Below are positions 51,599-63,650 of a stretch of DNA of 64,000 nucleotides, piece after piece. Every line of letters begins with the position of its first letter. The stretch's first letter is position 1. The stretch covers positions 13,550,948 through 13,614,947 of the forward strand of contig NC_092673.1 of the NCBI RefSeq assembly GCF_964355755.1, written 5' to 3'. The translations under genes were made by a program, and so were the position numbers. A model generated the notes under the pieces. That model was given only the letters and a program-made list of their open reading frames with translations, did no database searches and was not told where the DNA came from. The DNA comes from Antedon mediterranea (lineage: Eukaryota > Animalia > Echinodermata).

Positions 51599-54500
51599 AT
51601 AATAATCGTTCAATCGCCACTACGTCGTCCAAACAACAATACGTTGTCCAAAAGCCTGTGGTAAAATCATAAATATTCTTTAGGCTGTTTCGTAGCAACC
51701 GAGATTCTCTGCTTGCCTGAATGCGTTTTTGTCGTTTGGGATATTCGATATATCACACCTAACCATGTTATATCTCCGGACAACCTTCTTTTTTTCACAG
51801 ATTTTGTTTTTCTATGTCTTTCTTCTTATTTTGACAAATTTGCATCGGTTGTCTTTGTTGACGTTCTTTATTCTTTAACATTGTATATGTGCTGGCATCT
51901 CTGCTGTTAAACATCATAACACAATAATAAATTGGTTAAATATACACTGTAGTACGTGGAGAAGTTATAACACGAGAATGTACTTGTCTCAGTATGTGTT
52001 GTAGAAAATGTGTCCTTGTGGTTTAACTTTTTAGAAAGGATAGAAAATTCAAATTTCAAGATCTTTTTTTCATTTCATTTCATTTCATTTATTTCAATAT
52101 CATTATCGCAGCCTTAGCTGAATTACAAAGATATTTACATTTGTTCAATATTAAAATTTGTAAAAAAGTATAAAACCAATGATAAAAAAATATAAAAAAG
52201 GAGGAAATTTACACAAGAAATACAATACAGGAACATTCAAAAAGTTTAGCTTAAAATATTAAAATAGAAAAAAAAACACCTAAAAGCATCAATAAAAATC
52301 GCAAAGCTGTACTGGGTGATATATACAGATTATTCATTTAGAAGCGAGATAAGGTATGGAATTGCACTTTTTCTATATCTTTCAACTCTGCATTTGGGTT
52401 GTTGATACTTTACACGTCTTAGTTTCATGTTACTTACATTCTTCACTGGAAACCATTTTCCAAAATGAATACTTTTTGAACAATTCAGAGCAAACTTATA
52501 GCATAGATTACGCCTTCTATCAGATAAAGTGTCTAAAGAAAGATCATTGAGTGCTTGGTCATAACATATGTAGTCATTACACAATATTATTCTGCAAGCC
52601 CTTTTTTGGACAGATTCTATCATATCACTTTGTTTCTTAGTGAGACTAGAATGCCATACTGGGACAGCATATTCAACACTTGGTCTTATGTAACTCTTAA
52701 ATACATCTACAAGATCAAATTTCGGAAGATTGAACTTTCTTAATCTACATAATATTATATGCAGACGTCTGCTGGCTTTGGATACAATTTCTTTAACATT
52801 ACGGTCCCATTTGAGGTTAGAAGTTGAATCCATAAACCTAGTAACTTAGTTTCATTAACGATTTCAATTGTAGCATTACCAATGAAAAGGGGTTCATGTT
52901 CATATTGATTTCTTTGAAAGTTAAAATACATAGTTTTACATTTAGTTGGGTTAAGTTTTAGTTTGTTTTCATTAGACCATACATTCAGTAAAGCAACATC
53001 ATTCTGAATTGAGGAAATTACATCCTTTTTTACTATCTGTCCTATGCACAAATCATCTACATATTTCCAAGTTTTACATGGCGAGTCTTGCATGGCATCA
53101 TTAATTAGAGCAAGAAAGATCATAGGCCCAAGGAGCGTACCTTGAGGGACGCCACATGTTAGATTAACACTCATTGATAAGGTGGATTTATAGCGTACTT
53201 GTTGGGTTCTGTTTGATAAAAAGCTAATTAACCACGGTACAATTTCAGGTCTACAACCAAGTGTTACTAATTTAGAAACTGCTATTGTGTGGTCAACACA
53301 ATCGAATGCTTTACTAAAGTCAGTTAAAACTAACTGACCAACAGATTTGGGAATGTTACTACCTTCATAGAACACATTTAGTAGATCAACCAAATTATGG
53401 GTTGTAGAAAAGTGTTTACGGCAACCATATTGGTTGTTATCAAGATTTTTCTCGATATCTGTTAAGAGCCATTTTTTAATGAAGCCCTCAGCTACCTTAG
53501 CTAGGATACATGTAAGTGAGATTGGTCGAAATTTGTCAACCCTAGTACAACCATTTTCTTTGGGAACCGGAGTAACAATAGCATCCTTCCACATAGTTGG
53601 GACATGACCCTCACTGAGGGAGGCATTTAAGATATTAGTCATAGGGATGCTTAGTTCACATGCAAAATCTCTTATTAATCTGTTAGGCACATTATCAGGG
53701 CCCGGGGACTTATTTACTTTAACTTTTCTTAATTGATTGTACATTTCCCATTCTTTTACATTAGGGGGTTTATTAGCAGGTAAATACGTAGGGAGCTTAC
53801 ATAAATCAATACTAGGTCTTCTTTGGGAAGTTATAGCAAAATGGTTGTTTACAAAATTACTTATACCATGATAGTCATCCTGCGGAATATCCTCAACACT
53901 AATAAGTGGTTGGGGTTTAGTTTTATTAGCTAACATCTGCACGCCTTGGTGCCATTTATGGGGATTAGTGACTTTTAAGTTTAATAAACGTTCATTGTAA
54001 AAGTTCATTTTGTCTTTCTTGATCACTTTTTGTACCTTATTCCTATAGAATTTCCATTCCAGCGATTTACCATGATTAGTAAAAGCGTGTTGACGTTTCA
54101 TTATAAGATCCTTTGCTTGTTGTGAAATCCATGGCTTATCAGTTGGATGTATCTTAATGGATTTAACCGGGAAGAAAGTGTTCATAGCAGAAGTCAATGA
54201 CAAATAAAATGATTGCGTTTTCTGTTCAGTAGTACTCGCGTTAATAACCTCGTTCCAGTCATGGGTAGTTATCCAACGGCCAAATTCTTCAACACTTTTC
54301 GCTTTCATTGGTCTGATTACACGCTTTTCGATTTTGTTGCTATTCGTCCTTGTAGTTGCTGACAACAGAACACAATTATGATCGCTAGCACCCATCGGCG
54401 ACACAATTCGGGGATCGCAATAATACTGCTTCAGATTGGTGGCTATAATATCTAGTATTGCATCCCCTCGCGTTGGTTCTTTCACAATTTGTTTTAGGTT

Positions 54501-54948
54501 ATGTGCACGGCATAGCGGGGCTAGGTCAGTTCTGTTCAGGTCCCCCATAATAATGAAGCCAGCGTCTGGGTGTTTAAGTTTAAGACTGTCAAGAGATTTA
54601 ATAATATGATCCAAAAGTAGTTGTTGGTCAGAAGAATTAGGTGGAATATATATTCCACAAACTATAATAGAGGATACAGCTCTAGGAAGCCTCTTCGGTC
54701 TTATAAAAACCCAAACACACTCTAGCTCTTCGGGTACAACTATTTCATGTATTCTTCGCGACAGAAATTCAGAATTAACATATACAGCCACTCCACCACC
54801 CTTCCTATGCATTCTATGATAGGTATAAATATTGAAGTTGTTAATCATCAGTGCATCATCTGTTATTTGCGGTGTTTGCCAAGTCTCTGTGACAACTGAT
54901 AAATCAATACAATTTTGAAGTAGAAGGGTTTCTAGTTCGTCCACACGG

Positions 54949-55042
54949 TGTAATGTTTTATCACTCTTCTATATTATACTTTATTCACATCGTCCATGTT
55001 GCACACGCTTACCCTTACCTAGAGGGCGGCAACTACATTACA
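54949..55042 (-). repeat. 3' LTR (94 bp)
   Basis: TGTAATG...CATTACA; identical to 58049-58142. Confidence 0.97.
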
Positions 55043-55052
55043 TTCCCTCCTT
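55043..55052 (-). other. Polypurine tract
   Basis: AAGGAGGGAA immediately before the 3' LTR. Confidence 0.85.
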
Positions 55053-55094
55053 ACTTTAGATAAGTTCTACAACTATCAAATACAACACTGAATA

Positions 55095-57941
55095 TTAACT
55101 AACATTTTTAAATGGTTCCAACAAAGGATGTTTCCAATCTTTATCCTTTCCACTTTCAACAGCTTTCCTCAATTTCTTGAATGTTTCGTCACGATCACTC
55201 TCTATTTCAATTTCTTGTTTGGTCATTGCCTTTGGAACACTGTTCTGTACAACATAGTTTACATAACTTCCTATCATATTAACATCTTGACTAACTTCTG
55301 TCTGTGTATCTGTTGAAGTAGGATGTCTGCTCAAGTAATCTGCAGGGTTGTCAATACCTGGTCTATAGATCACTTCACAATCATATGGCATTAGTCGCAA
55401 TCGCCATCTCTCAATCCTTGCGGACATCTGTTTTTGACTTTTGAAGATTCCTAGTAATGGCTTGTGATCCGTTGTTATCTTGAACTTTGCACCATATACG
55501 TACAAATGAAAATGTTCAGCACCGTATACAACAGCTAGCATTTCCCTCTCGGTTTGTGAGTATCTCGTTTCAACATCGGATAATGCTCTGCTTCCATATC
55601 CTATCACTTTACCATCTTGGCACATAATAGCTGACAGGCCTACAGGGCTTGCATCTACTAGAATATTTGTTCTCTTGTTAATGTCAAAGTAAGTTATTAC
55701 ATCAGAACTAATTAAAGCTTTCTTTAGATCTTTAAATGATTGTTCTTCAACACCTGTCCATTTCCATTGGCTATTTTGATGAGTAAGCTCTCGCAATGGT
55801 GTTGTAATCGAAGCGTAATTGTAGATGAACCGTGACAAGTACTGAGCCATACCTAACAAGGACTTTACTTCACTTGCCGACTGTGGTCGTGGAGCATTCT
55901 TGAGACTTTCTATCTTCTGTGTATCAGCAGCTAATCCGTCACTACTGAATGTATGTCCGTAAAACTTAACCTTTGGTTGAGCAAAACAACATTTCTCTTT
56001 ATTTAAAGTTGCTCCACATTGCTTCAATCTTTCAAGAACTGCTTTAAGGTTTATGTCATGTTCTTGTTTTGTCCTTCCAAAAATAATTATGTCATCAGAT
56101 ATGTTTCTGCATCCATTTAACCCGCTCAATAAATTTCTTACTGCAGCTGCAAATAATTCAGGGGCAGAATTCACGCCAAACATCAACCGTTTGTAACGAA
56201 ACAAACCGACGTGTGTGCTAAACGTTGTAATATATCTGCTTTCAGGATGGAGTGAAAATTGATGATATCCCGATGACAAATCTAATGTGCTAAACACTGA
56301 TGCACCATTCAAATCAGATACAATTTCATCTAACGTTGGTATTGGGTGTTTTTCTCTCTTGATAGCTTGGTTCGCTTCACGCATATCAACGCATAAACGA
56401 ACTCCATTTTTCTTCGGTACTACAACGATTGGACTGACCCACAGTGTTGGTCCTTCAATTTTCTCTATGATGTCAAGTTCTGATAATCGCTTCAGCTCTC
56501 GATCAACATCAGCACGAACATGAAATGGTATTCTCCTGTGTTTTTGTTCCTTTGTTGGTACTGTTGTGTCGATGTGTAACTTGATCTCTACATCTTTGAT
56601 TTTACCAATACCTCTAAAAAGTTCTGAGTAGTCATTGATACATTGAGGAACACTATCTTCACTCTTACCAATTCCACACGCTAGTTTGACAAGCTCTAGT
56701 TCTTGAGATGTTTTCCATGATAACAAATTTCCTGTATTACCATGTACTATATAAAACTCAGTCTCTATACACTTCTGTGTGGATTCAATGGATATTTTGA
56801 GTTTAACAATTCCTACTACTTTCAGTGGATTTGCTTTTCCATATGCAAAGATTTCTGTTTTGTGTTTGTCAATTGTTGGCTTGGGTACTATCTTATCAAA
56901 TGAAACACTATCCATCACGTTCACTGACGCTCCTGTGTCTACAAGTGCTCGCATCTGTACCTTGTTATTACAGTGGACTATCATATCACATGTTGGTAAC
57001 TTATTTGATGGTCCTGGGAGAACAAAAGCATATTCTGGATCTGTTGCATAATCTGTATCTCCTGTTGCACCACTACTGCACACCTGTTCTTCCACTCTGC
57101 TAACTTGTTGTTTGCCTTTCGTGAAACAAACTCGTGCATAATGATCTTGTTTACCACATGCATTACAAATTTTACCTTTTGCTGGACACTCAGCCTCATG
57201 TGGGTATGCCAAACCGCATTTTCTACATGTTGATGATTTTCCTGCTGGTTTTGACTTTTGTTTGTAAGTGGATTTATTATACTGACTTTGATTCTTTGTA
57301 CCATTATATTTCTTTGAACGGCTACGATTTGTAAACTTCATCGCATTCACAGATTCTGTTGTCGCATTTACAGCTGATTGGGATGAATTTCCTTCAACCT
57401 CTGTTGCCCTTTTTTCTGACAACTCAACAGACCGTGCTAAATCAAGAATTTGTGTCAATGTTCTTTCCTTTTCTAGGATACGCCTTCTAAATCGGCTGTC
57501 TTTGCATCCTGAAATTATCTGTGTTTTAATTTCTCTGGTAATGTCATTGAAATTACACTTAACAGCCTGTAGACGCAGTCTACTACAGTACTGGTCTATT
57601 TTCTCACTAGGCTCCTGATTCATTCTCCTAAAAATTATCGTTTCATAATCAATGTTACCTTTTGGGGTTAAATGTGTTGTCAATGCTTCTTTGGCCTGTG
57701 TGTACGTACCACCATCACCACCAGTATCTTGATCTGGCAGGGTGTCAAATTCATCTTGTAACTCTAACCCTCCATAGAATAACAACAGTGCTCTCTTTCG
57801 GGCATCATTTGTAATTCCAAAGCCTACCATGGCTCGCTCAAAACGCTTCAGCCACTTGGTCCACCTCGTCGCTCTGCTGGCGAGATCGGCGTGCACATCA
57901 AATGCAGGCAGGCTAGGCATATTACTATTCGCCGTAGCCAT
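55095..57941 (-). CDS. Gag-protease-RT-RNaseH polyprotein (948 aa), ending before integrase
   Basis: Two CCHC knuckles (CRKC..H..C, CNAC..H..C), VDTGA protease, RT (LCVDMR, LDLSSGYHQ, ISDD), RNase H (DASP, EREMLA, TDHKPL, NPADYLSR). No HHCC or DDE domain follows. Confidence 0.95.
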   Translation of the reverse strand: MATANSNMPSLPAFDVHADLASRATRWTKWLKRFERAMVGFGITNDARKRALLLFYGGLELQDEFDTLPDQDTGGDGGTYTQAKEALTTHLTPKGNIDYETIIFRRMNQEPSEKIDQYCSRLRLQAVKCNFNDITREIKTQIISGCKDSRFRRRILEKERTLTQILDLARSVELSEKRATEVEGNSSQSAVNATTESVNAMKFTNRSRSKKYNGTKNQSQYNKSTYKQKSKPAGKSSTCRKCGLAYPHEAECPAKGKICNACGKQDHYARVCFTKGKQQVSRVEEQVCSSGATGDTDYATDPEYAFVLPGPSNKLPTCDMIVHCNNKVQMRALVDTGASVNVMDSVSFDKIVPKPTIDKHKTEIFAYGKANPLKVVGIVKLKISIESTQKCIETEFYIVHGNTGNLLSWKTSQELELVKLACGIGKSEDSVPQCINDYSELFRGIGKIKDVEIKLHIDTTVPTKEQKHRRIPFHVRADVDRELKRLSELDIIEKIEGPTLWVSPIVVVPKKNGVRLCVDMREANQAIKREKHPIPTLDEIVSDLNGASVFSTLDLSSGYHQFSLHPESRYITTFSTHVGLFRYKRLMFGVNSAPELFAAAVRNLLSGLNGCRNISDDIIIFGRTKQEHDINLKAVLERLKQCGATLNKEKCCFAQPKVKFYGHTFSSDGLAADTQKIESLKNAPRPQSASEVKSLLGMAQYLSRFIYNYASITTPLRELTHQNSQWKWTGVEEQSFKDLKKALISSDVITYFDINKRTNILVDASPVGLSAIMCQDGKVIGYGSRALSDVETRYSQTEREMLAVVYGAEHFHLYVYGAKFKITTDHKPLLGIFKSQKQMSARIERWRLRLMPYDCEVIYRPGIDNPADYLSRHPTSTDTQTEVSQDVNMIGSYVNYVVQNSVPKAMTKQEIEIESDRDETFKKLRKAVESGKDKDWKHPLLEPFKNVS

Positions 57942-58032
57942 GGTGGTTATTCAAACGATATTTAACTTATATAAGACGGTATAGTTACGATTCTCATTTA
58001 TCTAATTTATCTATCCTCATTTATTCACGTTT

Positions 58033-58045
58033 ATCCTCGTCGCCA
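58033..58045 (-). other. Primer-binding site, probably tRNA-Ser(GCU)
   Basis: TGGCGACGAGGAT lies 3 nt from the 5' LTR and is complementary to the ..ATCCTCGTCGCCA 3' end of animal tRNA-Ser(GCU). Confidence 0.8.
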
Positions 58046-58048
58046 AAT

Positions 58049-58142
58049 TGTAATGTTTTATCACTCTTCTATATTATACTTTATTCACATCGTCCATGTT
58101 GCACACGCTTACCCTTACCTAGAGGGCGGCAACTACATTACA
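58049..58142 (-). repeat. 5' LTR (94 bp)
   Basis: Identical to 54949-55042. Confidence 0.97.
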
Positions 58143-58564
58143 CACGGTAGATTAACGAACGCGGGTTAGTCAGGAAAATCGATGGGAGTGATGGCTGTAA
58201 CATTGTATAGTTGACTTTACGAAGTGAATTAGGGAATAAACTACTTAGAAAACGCCCTCGCTTGTTGTCTATATAATCAGAAGCACGTGTAACAGTGATA
58301 ATAGTGGGAATTTTTCTACGTATATTTACACCACCTCTTCTACCTCTACTTTTACGATAGATGCCAAGATTATTCAGCTTAGTGAGGGTTCCCTTAGGTA
58401 GGTATTGCACCTTATTACGACGTTTAATGAAGGCTGATCCAATATAAAATAGCTCATGTCTGGAATAACGAGTCATTTTGGCTTGCTCAGTGGCTTGTGT
58501 ATCATTCCAAGATAAGAATTAAATCCCTTCTCGAAATCTGTAAACTAATTAAGAATGGCGACAG

Positions 58565-59558
58565 CTACAAAGCGCCCTCTACAAATTCGATTCGGGCGGA
58601 CTGAATTGTTGTCAAACGCGCATTCTGAAGTCTTGTAATATTCAATTTATAATCTTCTAATGACGTAAAAGTACCCTTTTCAGGATTGTCCAAGAATCCA
58701 TCAATTAAAATGTCCACACCTTCTAAAACATTCGGCCAATGTCGAGGCAACCCAAGTTCATTGTTAGAGACTGTGTTGTGATCATTGTCCGGGTTATGTC
58801 GTTCTTTTAGTCCGGGTTCATTTGGATCAGGTTCATCCCAATCCTGCACGTCGTTGGTACTCAGATCACCCAGATCATTCGCATTCTTAGCTTGATCGTC
58901 AACCCTTTAACATTAAGAGACATCCTGTTTTGCATGTACGTATTAAAGCACTCATGTGCATCTACTGGACACTCATGCATTGTGGTGGATCATTCGCCAT
59001 TGCCATTAAATATTTTCAAAATTCGGTCTTATTTGGATGATCCACCACCGCAAGCTGTATGTTGATAACTACACATGTCCATAGAGTGAGAATGTTTCCC
59101 TGCTCTGTAGACAGCCTCATAACGGAGTGAAATTGGTAACTTGTAGCAACTGAGGGACAACATCGATCGATCAAAACCTGTAAATACATTTCCATACATA
59201 AAAAGCATCAAACAATGAACTTTATCAGCATGCTCAGTGTATTTAGAAATGTATTCATGCCCATGGCCCCACAAATAATCATCCACTTGATACACTACTA
59301 TCATTCTCTCATCCTGGTAAAATAATTATAGATACGTCTGTTAACATCCAGTACATGTGAGCAAGAAATAAAAATTAGTTTTATACTTCTAGAAGGCAGA
59401 TTTAGAATATGGTGAAGATCTACGGGAAGTAATCGCAGATGAGGTGTGTCTCGTAAAACATATTCGAATATGTCTGGAGAAGGAATGACATCATATGAAA
59501 AAAAGTCAGTAGTTGCCGATATACAATTAACTGTGCTGATGCTGTTTAAGTTGATCAT
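58565..59558 (-). other. Cluster of short intronless same-strand ORFs of unknown function
   Basis: ORFs 59558-59301, 59304-59029 (ATGA overlap) and 58849-58565; TATAAA about 30 bp upstream of 59558. Confidence 0.35.
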
Positions 59559-60102
59559 CTTTAAACACTATGTGGAATCCCTATCTTTATATCGGTAAAC
59601 ACCGCGAGCCTTTATATTGTAGACCAAATGTCACAGTCAGACTTTACCGAAGTGATTCTGTATATGATAGAAATTGTGTTCATAAGAAGGATGTATATAA
59701 AAAGTTTTTTTTTAAATAATAATAATTGCAAATTTACTTTGAATTAGCACTTACTTTTTGACATAACAAATTTGAACGTTAAATCGTTACCTTTTTTGTT
59801 GTGTACAATTTTGCAGATTAATATACAAAATATTTCTACATTTCTGATGAAAATGTATACGTTCAATTTTGAATATGAATGTCTTTTATGATAAGTCTCA
59901 ACTGGTGTTCAACAATTCGTGTTATATATAAATTCGATTGGAAACTATTTTTTTATACTATTGCTTTTGAAATACAACAGCGCCACCTATTTGGTACTTT
60001 CGTTACATATTATGTTATTGTACATTTTTAGAGAGATATATATGTAGTAATTCAGATCAAAAAGGCATTTAAATTAACTTTAGATCGTTTTTAGGATTTT
60101 GA

Positions 60103-61060
60103 TTAATTAGCTTCACCCTTGCAGGGTTTCAGAACTGCCTCTTCCATAACTTCGCAGCTCTTGCAGGCGTTTGCTGCTCTTTTCATATATAGCAAATATA
60201 TTGTCTGGAGCATGTCCACTATCGAATCAACTCCCGTGCCCTTGAAGGCATCTTTGACGGCAAATTCGAAACGATGACTCACACAATGGATCACCACCAG
60301 CCACGGAGCAGGTATCTCTCATTTTAATCGGGATGCTATTCCATTTGCGCTTCCCATATTCACATTCACACCATCAGCACAGAAACCAACAATGGGTCAA
60401 TCTTGCAATACACGGAGCAGAATCTCAGTTAAGCCCAAAGCATGTGCGTGTTGAATATTTCGTACAGACAATATACGGGTTACAACTTCAGCATTATTTA
60501 CATGAGTAACATAAACAAGTTCTTTTTCAAGATTTGAAACATCAGTAGAGTCATCGGACAATATCGAGATGTATTGGGCTTTCGTAATCAAGTTGAGGGA
60601 GTCATTTTCCAGTACTGTACCTTCCTGATTAACTCAGTAAATTCCTTACATTTTAATTCAGTTAAGGTAAGTATTCCCAAGTGGAACCTTGTGTCGAATT
60701 TCCAATTGGGCAATGCGTGGAAATTTGCTAAACACGATTTCTTCCATGGCCATCAACTTCTTAACCCTCTAGCGGTCTTCAGCCTCACCCTTGGCCATGC
60801 CAATGTGTGTTTGGGCGTATAATTCCGCACGTGTGAATAGGTCTCGGCTCATGTTCATTGCCCTTATATGTTGTTCCGATTTTCTATGTATGTTAATTTG
60901 GTCCCGTTTCTGTGTTTTGTTCTGTGAGACCATCGACAAAGGCTATGCTAAAATTCCAGTATCTTCTTAACTTGTTCACGTGCAATGCACACTCAGAGCA
61001 CCACATTTTTTTCAGGTACTCGCCCTCACTTTCTAATTTAAAGCCATCGCTTAAAATCAG
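60103..61060 (-). pseudogene. hAT transposase relic (ZNF862-like)
   Basis: ISILSDDSTDVSNLEKELVY, GFCADGVNVNMG, IHCVSHRFEFAVKD; N-terminal WCSEC..FVDG zinc finger. Confidence 0.85.
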
Positions 61061-63169
61061 GATCTTGTCATTTTTTTGCAGTTACAATTCGTACACCTTT
61101 TTTTGGAGTCGCCAATTTAGTTAGAGATGACCTCAACAAATTAACATCGATGACCAGCGTTTGTTATTTTCGGCCTCTTCTATAAATAGGAAATTTGCAC
61201 ATTGTGGGCCCTTTCGTGCTGTCAACGAACTAATTAGTATTTTTTGCACAACTAATAAATATAGACAATCAATAAAAGCCACAAAAATTTAATTAATACC
61301 AGTTTTTACCGCATTTTTCAGGATAATTCCTTGCAATCTTAGTAAAGTCAACTTGGTGTTTTCCCATTAACAAACAACGTCACATGTTCTTGGTTGAATG
61401 AGACAAAACATATCCTAAGAATTTTACAATGTTGGGATGAGGAATAAACGAAAGCATCATATTTACTTTTCGAAATATTGTCTCTAAGCTTCTGATCACT
61501 GAGGCCTTCATAATTTTTACATTTTTTTACAGCTGCATTACCTTTACGATACCGATAAAGCTGAAAACATTTAAAAGACCAATTTCCAATTGTAGTCTTC
61601 AAATTGACTGTCTATTCGTGGAATGTGAATATAAAAATTTAGTCTTATGTTAGTAAATTACTGTATAGCTTGACATCGCATCTCCTGATCTTGTTTTAGT
61701 CTAAACTTCAGATATTCTGCTTTTCTTTTTTCATTTATTTCCTTTGCCTGTTTCTGATCTGTTTCCATTACAACAGATTTAATTGTCGCTCATCCTTAAT
61801 AACTACTTGCTTACAAACATAATAATAACATGTTTCACTTCTTCCTTTCCTCGATCCAGGTCTCAAAACGTGGACTTATTTTTAAACTTTAAAGGCATAT
61901 CAAACTTTTTTCCAGGTACAAAATTCTTTTCATTGATGTTGCAATCCATGTTAAAATGCAGTCTGATAGGAATTATCTTTTTTTTTTATCGTCTTCAGTG
62001 ATATTCAGCCTAATATATTGAGATAAATAACATTTAAGAAACAAGTTGGAAAACTTTGATTATATAGTGATTAACTAATTAAACCTTGGAAATATCCAGG
62101 TACTTTTTCAAATGGAGATCACACTTTTTTAATGTGATTAATATTTGGGGTTAAATGGGACGTGGGGTTGAACATGACATTTTGGTTTGGTTTGAAGGCG
62201 TATAAGCGAGATACCGACGTGTGGAGGTAAAAAGGTATCATGAACGGAAGAATTTGTAAAGATCGACGTAAGTAAAATAAAAAGCCAATGTACAAAGGGC
62301 TATTACACAACATAGATTTTAAGGCAAGACTAATGTAATGTACAGTACATTGAGATAACCTTCACACCACTCCTGCAAATTTTGGCACGAGCATTCTCTT
62401 CTCTTCAGTTTTTTCCAGTGAAATCCGCGTTATAATATTTCTCAACCATTATATTTAATTCAAAACAAAGATGCCAAAGTAAGTTTAATTGTATTTTAAT
62501 ACAGTGTAGGCCGCTACAAATGCTAAAGCGGAGCGCGTCGTTCTTAACACCTGGACGCGTTCCACAGTGCGTACTACTGTTTGAAAGACGGAACAATTAT
62601 ATTTCTCACTTATATTGACCTACAACTTGAAGACCAATATTATGGTGAGTATACTTTACGTTGTAGTAATTTATTGTAGTTAAGTAACTAAACCAAGAGA
62701 CTATAGCAATCTCTTTATTAGCGATGAGGATTAAAATTTAACGCAATTTTTTTCTGGCGAAATATGACGCTGAAAATACGCGAATCTGGACGTGCGTTTA
62801 CCTTCAACGTAGATCGCCCCTCGCCAATTCATAACCGCCTCGAGGATAAGGACCTGAAGTTCATGTTCTCTCTTTTTATATTTAATATTTGACAATTGAA
62901 CGATTGGCATATACTAGATGAAACTGTAATATAAGAATATTACCGTATTATTATTCATGCTCGTGACATGAATGGGTTTTGTATGTTAACCCGCTGGACC
63001 TGTGATTCCAGAGCGAAACAAGCCCTGTTTCATGTCCGATTTCGGAAAATATACGATTAGGTTAGGCTAGGAAGTATTAATTAAGTAGTTCATATTAGTG
63101 GGCCAGTTGTTTACTTCGCTTCTTCACTGGAAGTCGACAGTGTTCGAAGAATTTATTCATTTATTTTAT

Positions 63170-63400
63170 TAGTTTAGTAGGAAGTGCAAAAAATCAGTTT
63201 AAAAAAAATTTCATTTGAGATGGCCGATGAAGCAATTTTGTAAGCAACATTTAATAAAGATATAGGATGCCAATTTTTCAATTCTTTTCTTGATTTATTT
63301 GCCTTTGGGATTAGAGTGATTGCTCCCTGTTTTTGAGTGACTGAAAGGTTACAAGTTTTAAAGCCATATTTCAAAGAATGAAGAAGTAGAGCACCTAGTT
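63170..63400 (-). mobile_element. L1/Tx1-like LINE RT fragment
   Basis: LSVTQKQGAITLIPK..LKNWHPISLLNVAYKIAS. Confidence 0.8.
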
Positions 63401-63404
63401 TTTC

Positions 63405-63650
63405 GTAGTTCTGGTTAATACGTTTAACTCTGCATCAACATCAAAGTTGACCTCTTCGGGCACAAGAATGGTTTCCCCACTTTCTAGAACAATGTCAATT
63501 GGGTATCTTAAAAGAAAAAAAAAGTATAAACAATTGACAATAACTATGGAATATTGTATAATCTCTGAGCAGCAGTGGTCTGAAATTTACATACCCATTG
63601 GAATCATCAATACCAATAACGATTCCTTCTTTTTCTGTAGATTCCGACGC
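63405..63650 (-). other. Two probable exons of an unidentified gene
   Basis: GT-AG-bounded pieces that join in frame as GVGIYRKEGIVIGIDDSNG + YPIDIVLESGETILVPEEVNFDVDAELNV; truncated by the Tx1 fragment. Confidence 0.35.

Larger units (their letters stand above)
54949..58142 (-). mobile_element. Ty3/Gypsy (Mag-like) LTR retrotransposon lacking integrase
   Basis: Identical 94-bp TG..CA LTRs, 5-bp TSD CACGG (54944-54948, 58143-58147), PBS, PPT and a single ORF. Confidence 0.96.
52330..58476 (-). pseudogene. LINE EN-RT ORF in pieces (58476-58143, 54943-~52820, ~52820-52330)
   Basis: Removing the LTR element and one CACGG copy gives in-frame RSLIYRVDELETLL. One frameshift near 52820. Confidence 0.9.
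52070..58501 (-). mobile_element. Near-full-length CR1-group (CR1-Zenon-like) LINE, interrupted by a Gypsy element
   Basis: APE endonuclease (NPRSL, VTETW, GGGVAVY, MGDLN, SDH) and RT (DFSKAFD, PQGTLLGP, KYVDD); AATAAA plus an (ATGAA)n tail. Confidence 0.93.

Noticed and set aside
61340-62440. Crypton/DUF3504 tyrosine-recombinase-like relics
   Set aside because: Only vague similarity, with pieces out of order and no catalytic residues recognisable.
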